Source: Bacteroidota bacterium
Lineage (GTDB): Bacteria > Bacteroidota > Ignavibacteria > Palsa-1295
Direction of reading: 5' to 3'
Assembly (NCBI GenBank): GCA_021825235.1
Contig: JAKAIL010000002.1
Coordinates: forward strand, 1 to 44,051
DNA: 44,051 bases
Position numbers and translations under genes: made by a program. The notes under the pieces are model-generated. The model was not told the origin of the DNA, ran no database searches, and saw only the letters and a list, made by a program, of their open reading frames with translations. Numbering within the stretch: position 1 is the first letter of the stretch; the number at the start of each line of letters is the position of its first letter. This document shows, one piece after another, positions 17,275 through 25,973 of this stretch.

Positions 17275-18113
17275 GATGGGCGCGTCTGACTGTGTAACGC
17301 CACGTAATGCGATTGAGGCATTCCAGTCTCGTTCGAGTGCTGCTCGCGGACGTGAAGCTGGTTATTTACGTCGCGCACGCCGGGAATTTCGTCTGAAAGA
17401 TCTTCCGCTATTCGTTTCATACGCCGCGTGGGAACTTCACCGGTGAGAATGACTTCGCCCTGCACTACCTTCACTTCTAATCCGGATGGATCGATTTGGG
17501 AATGCGCGGTCAACCGCTCGCAAATATCTTCTTCGATGCGGGCATCGGACCGCTGGTAATTCTTAGGAGCAATCCCTGCGAATGCTCCGCGGCCAAAGCG
17601 GTTATCGTATGGCGCGGCATATCCCACATCCGGATTCGACTGCGAATAATCATGCTCGGTCGAGCCGCCAGAAAAATTGGCATATTCACTGCTCTCGGGA
17701 TTCTCATATTCCTGCCATCCTCTGCGGTACTCTCGCTCCCGGCCATCGCCATCGTGATAGGAGTGCGTGGTGCGGTCCCAATGGCCACCACGGTAATCCT
17801 GCTCGCGATCCGAGAATCGTGAGCCTTCGCGCCAGCTATTGGGATAGTGCCTTCCAGCAGTGCGGTTAATATCCGGATCGAACACTTCCCGCTCACCATA
17901 AGGCCGCTGATAATACGTGTCTTCAAAATGCGCATGGCTGGGCCGGTGCTGTAGATGAGCTTCGTGGCGACGCTCGTTCCGGTCGTACCAATCCTGGGCA
18001 GCTTCGTGCCGGCTCCCGCGGTCAGAAGGGCCATCGCCATTAAATGTATCCCATTGACTTCTTTCGCCATTATGCCGATATTCGCTTTCGAATTGTGGAT
18101 CGTATTCTTGCAT
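17271..18113 (-). CDS. BON-domain protein with a long disordered Arg/Asp/His/Tyr-rich N-terminal region (SWFGD/BON-type stress protein)
   Basis: C-terminal PKNYQRSDARIEEDICERL...VKVVQGEVILTGEVPTRRMKRIAEDLSDEIPGVRDVNNQLHV. Confidence 0.8.
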   Translation of the reverse strand: MQEYDPQFESEYRHNGERSQWDTFNGDGPSDRGSRHEAAQDWYDRNERRHEAHLQHRPSHAHFEDTYYQRPYGEREVFDPDINRTAGRHYPNSWREGSRFSDREQDYRGGHWDRTTHSYHDGDGREREYRRGWQEYENPESSEYANFSGGSTEHDYSQSNPDVGYAAPYDNRFGRGAFAGIAPKNYQRSDARIEEDICERLTAHSQIDPSGLEVKVVQGEVILTGEVPTRRMKRIAEDLSDEIPGVRDVNNQLHVREQHSNETGMPQSHYVALHSQTRPS

Positions 18114-18164
18114 TGGTTTTCTTTTCTGCTGAGAAAAAATTCAGTGGAATAGCCCGCAAACCAC

Positions 18165-18449
18165 ATGCCCAAATCAGACGTAAGGGCTCCAAGTGGAACA
18201 TTGCTTGGTAATACTTACGGGAATATGAGAGGAATTCCGTTCAACTTCTTTGCCCGCATTGTTTTGCTGACGGCCTCGTTCGTGCTTGCCGTTCTTTCGC
18301 TTACTACCCGAATGACAGGCAAAGAACTCGTCTTTGCTGCAGCATCCATTGCGGTGGCAATGCTTACGGGAATGTTTAGGAGAAAGCGAAACCATACTCA
18401 TCGGCACCGCCATGGGTCTATCCCGGCGCATACAATGCGCCCGCATTAG
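18165..18449 (+). CDS. Possible small membrane protein: two predicted TM helices and a basic His-rich tail
   Basis: Hydrophobic stretches FFARIVLLTASFVLAVLSLT and LVFAAASIAVAMLTGMF, then RRKRNHTHRHRHGS. It fills an otherwise empty 330-bp gap. An alternative ATG is at 18225. Confidence 0.4.
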   Translation: MPKSDVRAPSGTLLGNTYGNMRGIPFNFFARIVLLTASFVLAVLSLTTRMTGKELVFAAASIAVAMLTGMFRRKRNHTHRHRHGSIPAHTMRPH

Positions 18450-20692
18450 AATGCCTGCCCAATCCCAAAGTTGATGTTATAGATATTGGAGGAAGGATGT
18501 CCGGAAGAGAACAACCAGGCTCCGTGCGATGCGGGCGTAGTCGGGGAGTAGCCGCTGCTAAAGGTTCCGGACGGGTCGTACAGTTTGAATCCCACATCGA
18601 AGCGCAACGTGCCAAAAAAGGTATTGTAGTGCAATCCAAGACCGATGGACTGCGCGATCTGATCGAGGTTGAGTGCGTGGGGATCGACCTGGGCCATCTG
18701 GTCCCAAACGTTCCCGGCATCGTAAAAGAGTACGATTCGAAAAGCCGAAGAAATGTCCTGCCACGAGGTGAATTGCTGTGCATACTGGAAGGGGGCATAT
18801 CGGAGTTCGAGATTGAATTCGAAATCGTTATAGCCCCCAAGGATTGCGCTATACCCTGGATTACCCGAGACCACCAACGTTTGCTGTATCCACCCTCGGT
18901 TCGTGGAGCCACCGCCATAGAACCGGTGGTCTAAAGCGGGGAAAAAATCAGCGGACGAGGTATCGAAGAGCCGGGTATAGCCAACCTGAAGCCGTGTTGC
19001 AAGAATGAAGTTTCCATGCGTATTAAAATCATAATACTGCTTGGTTTGGAAAATAAGCTTGATATAATTGGAACTCGCTTGACCCAAAAGACGGTGCGTT
19101 GCGCCCCATTCCACCGAAGAAGAAAGCAAGTCGCCTCCGCTCGGATCCAAAGGATCGTTGGTCCGGTCATCCTGGTAGGAAAGCGAGGGCAAGAGGTTGA
19201 TCTGCTTGTGCGGTAGTAAATTGGGGAGCAAATTGAGTATTGTCGTATTCGTGGTCGTCGCCTTTGCGGCAATGTACGCAAGCAATACATCCGGAGTTAA
19301 GGTTGTTTTATTATCCGTCTTGCTAAGAATGAATCGAGAGCCGACGTGTACCGTATAGGACGTATCGTCGTAGGGGATAATACTCGTATCACCAGTGCTG
19401 AATTGGTCCTGCCTGCTTGCTCCGATTCCAACGGTGAGGGGAACTCGACCGAGACCAATATATGGGCGGAAGTAGTCGATGTTCACGCCATATCGTCGCT
19501 GGGTTGTTGGAAACGGCTGCCAACTGCCTTCCACATCTACTTTGTCTGCTGCACCAAGCGCATTTCCATATATAACGCCGGCGCCCAGACCAAACACAAG
19601 CCCTTGTGCCCCAACGCCGCCAAAGACATTAGCATTGACTTCACCTGTTATCCTCATCCGGAGATAGACGTCCACGGGAACCGCTGCGGAATCGCGGAGC
19701 GAGTCGGGAATCCGATTAATGTAGTCCGTATCTAACGCGATGCGAAACAGATCGAAGGTACCGAGCGAATTGAGGTTTGCTTCACTTCGCTGAATTTCGG
19801 AAAGTTTGTACCAATGGCCGCTGTCGATCAGGAGTTGAGCACGGATGACGTTCTCAGCAACGCGATGCTTTTCCTGTGACGTGGTATCGTAAATAATGTG
19901 GACAGGGCCATACCGATAGCGGTGGCCGGGACGGAAATAAATCAGGATGTTGACCGTATGATTGGAGGGCTGAATTCGTACCACGATGGAATCCTCGTGA
20001 GCGTTGGGATATCCATTTTCGATCAGAATTCCGATGAGCCGGTCCACTTCACTGGCCGCTGCTTTTCGGGACCATTGCTCTCCGCTTTTGATCGTTACTT
20101 TTTCGGTCAACTCCGGCTGGAATTCATTGGGGAGCGATTCCAGCCCTTCGATGGCCACGTAGGAAATCGTATAAGGGTGGCCTTCCTGGATGACAAACGT
20201 AACGGTATCGTGAACTTCCGGCGGAGAGATTTTCCCGACATTTTGCATCAATCGCTCCTGCCGGATATATTCATAATAGGCATGAATATCGGCGGTATCC
20301 TGCGTAACGCGAAAGGAACTGCGTGCATCCAAGAAGCCTTTGTCCTTATAATAGGCATTGAGTGCTGCGGTATCGCGTTCGAGTTTGGAATTATCGAGCG
20401 ATTGATAGTTGGCGCCCAATTTCAAAAAGGCGATCCCATGCAGAGCCCGCTGGAAGAAACTGGTGACTTTAGTAGTCGTGACCGTTGCCAACTCATCGCT
20501 CGAAATATGATGGTTCCCCTCGAAGCGGACGACGGTTACTTGGCCCGGAACTTCTTCGCCAGATTGTCCGGTAAGTTGTGCGATGGCCGGTGTGAACGCC
20601 GGGAGGAACAGCAGCATACACAGAAGACCGGCACATCGATAACGCTGAACTCGGTTCGGCAGCCGTTCGGCAGGTGAGTGAGGTCCCTTCAA
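18446..20692 (-). CDS. bamA: Outer membrane protein assembly factor BamA (Omp85 family)
   Basis: Signal peptide, POTRA-like N-terminal repeats, and a C-terminal beta-barrel ending in aromatic F (NFGIGQAF). Confidence 0.88.
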   Translation of the reverse strand: MKGPHSPAERLPNRVQRYRCAGLLCMLLFLPAFTPAIAQLTGQSGEEVPGQVTVVRFEGNHHISSDELATVTTTKVTSFFQRALHGIAFLKLGANYQSLDNSKLERDTAALNAYYKDKGFLDARSSFRVTQDTADIHAYYEYIRQERLMQNVGKISPPEVHDTVTFVIQEGHPYTISYVAIEGLESLPNEFQPELTEKVTIKSGEQWSRKAAASEVDRLIGILIENGYPNAHEDSIVVRIQPSNHTVNILIYFRPGHRYRYGPVHIIYDTTSQEKHRVAENVIRAQLLIDSGHWYKLSEIQRSEANLNSLGTFDLFRIALDTDYINRIPDSLRDSAAVPVDVYLRMRITGEVNANVFGGVGAQGLVFGLGAGVIYGNALGAADKVDVEGSWQPFPTTQRRYGVNIDYFRPYIGLGRVPLTVGIGASRQDQFSTGDTSIIPYDDTSYTVHVGSRFILSKTDNKTTLTPDVLLAYIAAKATTTNTTILNLLPNLLPHKQINLLPSLSYQDDRTNDPLDPSGGDLLSSSVEWGATHRLLGQASSNYIKLIFQTKQYYDFNTHGNFILATRLQVGYTRLFDTSSADFFPALDHRFYGGGSTNRGWIQQTLVVSGNPGYSAILGGYNDFEFNLELRYAPFQYAQQFTSWQDISSAFRIVLFYDAGNVWDQMAQVDPHALNLDQIAQSIGLGLHYNTFFGTLRFDVGFKLYDPSGTFSSGYSPTTPASHGAWLFSSGHPSSNIYNINFGIGQAF

Positions 20693-20820
20693 TGTGATCG
20701 CGTGTCAGTGCAAAGGAGCCGCGAGTGATGTGCCGCAAATCCAAACCTGCGCCGCATCCTCCTTCCCGCCGGGGACGGGAAACTAACCATAGCCCCGATT
20801 CGATACTCGCCGGTTCGGCG

Positions 20821-21051
20821 TCAGTACTCGTTCAATTCGTCGTCGTAATAGAACTCGTCATCTTCCGGCGAGTAATCGGGCCAGACTTCGCCGATTGACT
20901 CGAATTGCTCGTCTTCATCTTCGAGTTCTTCCAAATTACGGACGACCGCCGGTGGAGCGCCGATCCGTTCGCAATAATCAATCAGTTCGGCCTTATTGGC
21001 GGGCCATGGAGCATCTTCGAGATACTGCGCTAATTCTGAGGTCCAAAGCAT
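20821..21051 (-). CDS. DUF2795-domain protein with an acidic tail
   Basis: YLEDAPWPANKAELIDYCERIGAPPAVVRNLEEL matches the DUF2795 pattern. Confidence 0.7.
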   Translation of the reverse strand: MLWTSELAQYLEDAPWPANKAELIDYCERIGAPPAVVRNLEELEDEDEQFESIGEVWPDYSPEDDEFYYDDELNEY

Positions 21052-21276
21052 ATTCTACGTTCGTCGTATAAAAAATTCGATGGGATTCTTAATTCATCGT
21101 GTGAGTCGTTCCTGTTCTTAGAGCGGTGCAACCCGCTTCGGCGGTGGGCCGTATTGGGCATGTCATTCAATTTTGCCCCCGTTTGGTTCCGTTCGAATGT
21201 ATTTTTTTCGATTTTTTTACTTTTTTGCGTCTTTTCGCTTTTCCGAACGATCATCCAAATGGGGCGCAGCCCCGAT

Positions 21277-22491
21277 TTAATCCCGAAGCCGTGGGTCCAG
21301 CGCATCCCTGAGGCCATCGCCGACCAGGTTATAGGCCGCCACGGCCAGGAAGATGGCAAATCCCGGAAACACGGCCAGCCACCAGGCATGGATATCGTTG
21401 CGGGCATCGTTGAGCACGCTGCCCCAGGTTACGGTTGTCGGCGGAACGCCGAACCCAAGGAAGGAAAGCCCGCCTTCCGTGAGGATCGCGCTCGCAATAC
21501 CAAATGCCGCCGTAACCAGCACCGGCGCCAGCGAATTCGGCAAGACATGCCGGAGAATGATACGCCAATTCTTAAATCCGAGTGCGGTGGCCGCTGAAAC
21601 GAATTCCATATTCCGGATTCGGAGGAATTCGCCGCGCGTAAACCGTGCGATGATTGGCCAGCTCGTCAGTCCGATCAGAACCATGATAAGCCATACGGAG
21701 CCCTGCTGCATCATTGCAACGATGGTGATGATGAGAAAAAATACTGGCAAGGTAAGCACCACTTCTATTAACCGTGAGATTACACTGTCTATCCAGCCAC
21801 CATAGAATCCTGCAAGGGCCCCCAAAATCACGCCAATCACAATTGCGAACGCAACCGAGACAAACCCAATCGAGAGGTCGATGCGGGCGGCATGAATCAT
21901 TCCCGAAAGTACATCGCGCCCGATACCGTCCGTTCCGAGCAGATGTGTTCCGGAAGGTGCCGAAAGCGTATTGGCAAGGTCTTCGTCCGATTCGGAATAA
22001 CGAATGGGTGGCCACACGGCGTCTTTCAGCTTCCCATCCGAAGCCAATGCTTTCCAATCCGCGAGCACTAAATCCGGTGACCAGCGTTGGATGCCCAAAT
22101 CCACCAGGTATTGCTTGAAGATCGGGAAATAGACGGTGTTATGATACTCGGCAAACAGAGGCTTGTCGTTCGCTAAGACGTCGGCCAGGATGGCGACCGC
22201 GAAGAGCAAGTACACGACATACAGGGCCCAGACGGCAATGCGATTCTTCTTATATTGATGCCGAACCAGCGACCAGAAGCTTTGGGTTACTGCGCGGCGA
22301 GCTTCTTTCCGCTTCCGTTCCTCGTTCCGCTCGAAGACCGAAGGAATGGCTTCCGGCATTGGAGCTACCTGCGGAGTTTGCTGACCGAGCAAGTACTCAT
22401 CGTGGACGGGCTTGGGGTCCACGAAGGTGACCGTTGAAGGCTTTTCGGCTTCGATGGTGCCGCGATTTCGCAATTCGTTATCTGGGTCCAT
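21277..22491 (-). CDS. ABC transporter permease, OppC/DppC-like, with an N-terminal extension of about 90 aa
   Basis: Multi-TM protein with the binding-protein-dependent transport signature region (FVSAATALGFKNWRIILRHVLPNSLAPVLV). Confidence 0.85.
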   Translation of the reverse strand: MDPDNELRNRGTIEAEKPSTVTFVDPKPVHDEYLLGQQTPQVAPMPEAIPSVFERNEERKRKEARRAVTQSFWSLVRHQYKKNRIAVWALYVVYLLFAVAILADVLANDKPLFAEYHNTVYFPIFKQYLVDLGIQRWSPDLVLADWKALASDGKLKDAVWPPIRYSESDEDLANTLSAPSGTHLLGTDGIGRDVLSGMIHAARIDLSIGFVSVAFAIVIGVILGALAGFYGGWIDSVISRLIEVVLTLPVFFLIITIVAMMQQGSVWLIMVLIGLTSWPIIARFTRGEFLRIRNMEFVSAATALGFKNWRIILRHVLPNSLAPVLVTAAFGIASAILTEGGLSFLGFGVPPTTVTWGSVLNDARNDIHAWWLAVFPGFAIFLAVAAYNLVGDGLRDALDPRLRD

Positions 22492-22547
22492 TATACTATT
22501 TCTGGAATTACCTGAACGCTAAGAATGTGTTGCGGAAATCGCGTTAA

Positions 22548-23657
22548 TTAGCCGGAATTCGACGAATAAGCAATTCTCGGATCCACGACGGAATATAAAA
22601 TATCACTAATCAAAATACCGATGAGCGTGAGCACTGCACCGATGGTGAACACCGCGAGAATTACCGGGTAATCGCGTGCGGTCAGTGCATTCCACTCCAA
22701 CAAGCCCAAACCCGGGATCGTAAAGATGGACTCGATGATAAGCGAACCGCTGACTAAACTGGGTAAAATCCCGCCCACGATCGTAACGATCGGAATAAGC
22801 GAATTGCGCAGGGCATGTTTATAAACTACGATTTTCTCGGCCAAGCCTTTTGCCCGTGCCGTGCGAATGTAGTCCTGCCGGATCACGTCGAGCATGGAAC
22901 CACGCATCATGCGGGAGAGATAGGCAAGGGTAGGATACGTATAGCAAATGACTGGCAGCACGAGGTGCCATAGCAAATCACCGGTATTCGCCAGCCAGGA
23001 AGCATAGGGATAATCATTCCCGTGCAGGCCATTATTCGGAAACCAGGAAAGAAAATCGCCGCCGCCGAAGAAAATAATGAGCATGGTCGCGATCCAGAAC
23101 GTCGGTAGCGAGTAGAGGATGAAAAGCGTGGTGGAAACGCCCTTATCGATCGTACTATTCTCGCGCGACTTACCTGCCGAATAGATTCCGATAGGAATTG
23201 CAATCAGAAAAGAAAGGACAATGGAAATAATGGAAAGAAATGCCGTAATGGGTACCCGTTCGAGGATTTTATCGAGCACCGGTCGCTGGTCCTGGAACGA
23301 AACGCCGAAATTGCCATGGAGCATGTCCGCCATCCAAAGATGGTACTGATTGTGGGTACCATTCCATCTGAAGGTAAGCCGTTGCATGAGTGGCTTTAGC
23401 TGGCCGGTCGAGTCCTTCGCATTGGTAAAGATCGTCCAATACCAGATGGGCTCGTCCAAATGCCACTGAGCGCGAATTTGCTTAATGATTTCCTCATTGA
23501 GCTGCTGGTTGCCGCGCTGGCCGCCTTCGGCTCCGATACCCGCTTTGAGCTCCGCCGGATCGCCGGGCGCCATACGAGAAATGCCGAAGGAAATGACCGT
23601 GATGAGAAACAGGGTCGGCAAAAAAAGGAGGATGCGCCGGATGATGTACTGAAACAA
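22548..23657 (-). CDS. ABC transporter permease, OppB/DppB-like (TTG start)
   Basis: N-terminus MFQYIIRRILLFLPTLFLITVISF and YIRTARAKGLAEKIVVYKHALRNSLIPIVT. Confidence 0.88.
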   Translation of the reverse strand: MFQYIIRRILLFLPTLFLITVISFGISRMAPGDPAELKAGIGAEGGQRGNQQLNEEIIKQIRAQWHLDEPIWYWTIFTNAKDSTGQLKPLMQRLTFRWNGTHNQYHLWMADMLHGNFGVSFQDQRPVLDKILERVPITAFLSIISIVLSFLIAIPIGIYSAGKSRENSTIDKGVSTTLFILYSLPTFWIATMLIIFFGGGDFLSWFPNNGLHGNDYPYASWLANTGDLLWHLVLPVICYTYPTLAYLSRMMRGSMLDVIRQDYIRTARAKGLAEKIVVYKHALRNSLIPIVTIVGGILPSLVSGSLIIESIFTIPGLGLLEWNALTARDYPVILAVFTIGAVLTLIGILISDILYSVVDPRIAYSSNSG

Positions 23658-23668
23658 GGTCTTGGTGC

Positions 23669-23703
23669 GTGCTAAGTCCTAAATGCTGTGTGCTAAGCCC
23701 TAA
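23669..23703. repeat. Two direct 14-bp repeats, GTGCTAAGTCCTAA (23669-23682) and GTGCTAAGCCCTAA (23690-23703), just upstream of the permease TTG start
   Basis: Read directly; 13/14 identical, 21-bp period. Confidence 0.8.
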
Positions 23704-23834
23704 CTGGCGAAGATGGTTTCGGCCAGGGCTGGAGTGCCTTGCATAAGGCCCGTGCCATAATTACAAGAGCCGCCTTTTCGTTTCCGATGGGTGAACGCTA
23801 TTTTTAGTCATGAATAGAGGGGGTATCCGATGCC

Positions 23835-24182
23835 TTAGCTGTTCGCGAGTGACTCTATCGCCGATATTAGTTCCTCCGTCCTGAACGGCTTATTGATGAA
23901 CGCAGCGAATCCTTTGTCGAGCGCCTCCTTTTGGTCGGCCTCCGCCGTGAAGCCGCTTAACGCTATACACTTGCGAGACGTGGGAAACATATTCAACAGA
24001 TCGTAACCCGTACCATCCGGCAAGCGAAGATCGCTGATGAGCATATCATAGGAGTTCGCGGTAAGGCATGCTTTCGCGCCGGCAATATCGTGTGCAGTTT
24101 CGACCGTGTATCCGCGAAGTTCCAGCATAACTTTCACCGCGCGCGCGGTGTTTACGTTGTCTTCCACGAATAAGATTCTCAT
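23835..24182 (-). CDS. Stand-alone response regulator receiver domain (CheY-like)
   Basis: ILFVEDN, phospho-acceptor context MLISDLRLPDGTG, ALSGF, KPF. Confidence 0.9.
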   Translation of the reverse strand: MRILFVEDNVNTARAVKVMLELRGYTVETAHDIAGAKACLTANSYDMLISDLRLPDGTGYDLLNMFPTSRKCIALSGFTAEADQKEALDKGFAAFINKPFRTEELISAIESLANS

Positions 24183-24249
24183 GTCGATTATATAGCCCGA
24201 ACAATTTCTTTCGTGCCGGGCTAAGGCATTTCAAAACACGGTAACGCGA

Positions 24250-25959
24250 TTACCGTTTCACGATGCTCCACTCCTGCGTCGTGCCTTGGGAAACGATGCG
24301 TACAAAATAAACGCCGGGGATGAGCGTGTGAACATCGAGGCTCCCGGCCTGAACCGTCGCCCGCGCGACCCTGCGGCCCATGGCATCGTAGATCGCTACG
24401 GTTCCCGTCTCTGCCGCAGGATTATGGAGGAAAAGTTCATTCCCAACCGGGTTCGGATAAATTGCAATTCCATGTTGGCCTGTGTTAGCAGCGCTAACGC
24501 CGCTCGGTGCTCCCAGCGTTTTTACCGACCAATGGCTATCCTCGTTGTCCGTAGTGCAAAGGGGAAGGAATTCGGAGTCGATGTGTAGCGTAAAAATAGG
24601 CAGACGAACCCAGGTAGTCGCTAACTGTGTAGTCTTCGGCCAAAAGAGAGCGATACCGAGTGATAAGGGATTTGAAGCGCTCGCCGATTGTTTCTGAAGG
24701 TCGATATCGACCGAATTGCCGTGGTTCATAAGCGAGTTAGCAATCCAGCCCGAAGGCGGAAGGTATCCTTCGTAGCCAACGATGGAAGAATCCCAATTGT
24801 AGGTAGCCGAAACCTCGGTAAGATAGGGCCACAGCGAATCCAGATTGATATTGGTACCCATATCCACCGCCAGCGGCAGGGTATCCACCGCTCCAACAAA
24901 CGCGCTGCCGGATTCGCGATGCAACCGCTCGGGCTGCGCCAGGAGTGGCGAAGCAAGACTTCCTATGACTTGGATGGAAGTATCCCGCATTCCCATGCCA
25001 TTATTATAACGAAGGTTAAGCTCAGCGGTGTCTGGCCCCGAAAGGCTCCGATAACTAAGTGCGATACTGTCCTGCGGCAGCAGCGCCCTCGGGGCAGAGC
25101 GGCTGTCGTCAATTGAAAAGGCTTGGGAACCGGTGAGCCATAGGGAATCCAATATTACCGTACCGCAGGGTTCCAGTCGAACGAAAGTGTTGACCGGTTG
25201 ACATCCTTCCTGCCTGACAGTGGCGGATTGTTCTGCAAGTGGAATAGAACAACTCGGAATGGAGACTATAATACTATCGATGCCCCAGGTCTCGTCCGTG
25301 GTTATATCCTCACCGGTTGTCCAGACATTGTTGGAAATAAAGTTAAGATTTACGGAACTTTCATTATTTGGTATTTCAAAGGAAAAATGATATACGGCAT
25401 CGCCAAAGTAGGAAATGCCCAGCACATTCGAAAGCTCCGCGCCAGTCTTCATCGGATTATTTATGATATGGTTCGGATCGTACCGCTGGGGATAGGATTG
25501 CCCCCATGCATTATACATATTTGCGAAGGTGCTATAGCTCAAGGTATCGCTGTCATCAATTGCAAAGCCCCATCGGTCCGGGCCATCGATTGGTGAGTTC
25601 CCATCCCATGAGCCGTTCGCATAGAATGCGAAGCTGATGATAAGTGAATCATGGGCGGGAAGGTTTGAAAGATTTAGTGTGACTGTTTGTTTTCCAAAAC
25701 GGCCAAAGAAATACTTCCCAAGGCCTGGAGCGAAACAAGTGGCAAGTGGCGCACCATCCGGTGGGACCGTAACATTGGTGCTCCACGAAATGGAAACGCC
25801 GGAAGCATCCGATCGGCCATCGATACCCTTATTGAAATCGCTTTGATAGAGAAGAGTTTGGCCGAATGAATTCGTGGAAAAAAGAAAAGCCATGGATAAG
25901 CAAATGCTCGGTGCGAAAAGCATCGGCAGCATTTTTCGAGGGAATAACAAGGAATTCAT
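24250..25959 (-). CDS. Secreted protein of unknown function with a shared Cys-pair/cohesin-like module and a T9SS C-terminal sorting domain
   Basis: Signal peptide (..SMAFLFSTNSFGQ). C-terminus IYPNPVGNELFL...IPGVYFVRIVSQGTTQEWSIVKR. aa 248-489 are paralogous to the neighbouring gene. Confidence 0.8.
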   Translation of the reverse strand: MNSLLFPRKMLPMLFAPSICLSMAFLFSTNSFGQTLLYQSDFNKGIDGRSDASGVSISWSTNVTVPPDGAPLATCFAPGLGKYFFGRFGKQTVTLNLSNLPAHDSLIISFAFYANGSWDGNSPIDGPDRWGFAIDDSDTLSYSTFANMYNAWGQSYPQRYDPNHIINNPMKTGAELSNVLGISYFGDAVYHFSFEIPNNESSVNLNFISNNVWTTGEDITTDETWGIDSIIVSIPSCSIPLAEQSATVRQEGCQPVNTFVRLEPCGTVILDSLWLTGSQAFSIDDSRSAPRALLPQDSIALSYRSLSGPDTAELNLRYNNGMGMRDTSIQVIGSLASPLLAQPERLHRESGSAFVGAVDTLPLAVDMGTNINLDSLWPYLTEVSATYNWDSSIVGYEGYLPPSGWIANSLMNHGNSVDIDLQKQSASASNPLSLGIALFWPKTTQLATTWVRLPIFTLHIDSEFLPLCTTDNEDSHWSVKTLGAPSGVSAANTGQHGIAIYPNPVGNELFLHNPAAETGTVAIYDAMGRRVARATVQAGSLDVHTLIPGVYFVRIVSQGTTQEWSIVKR

Positions 25960-25973
25960 AGGAGTGGAATTTT

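Noticed and set aside
17510-18172. The 220-aa alternative-frame ORF overlapping the BON-protein gene
   Set aside because: It is on the same strand and overlaps the frame that carries the BON domain. It has no motif and is a product of the repetitive, biased composition.
24193-24223. The hairpin TAGCCCG-n17-CGGGCTA, which shares its arms with the 32429-32454 stem (possible dispersed repeat or terminator)
   Set aside because: It has only a 7-bp stem with a 17-nt loop and no U-tract. Two occurrences of an 8-mer arm are not enough to call a repeat family.
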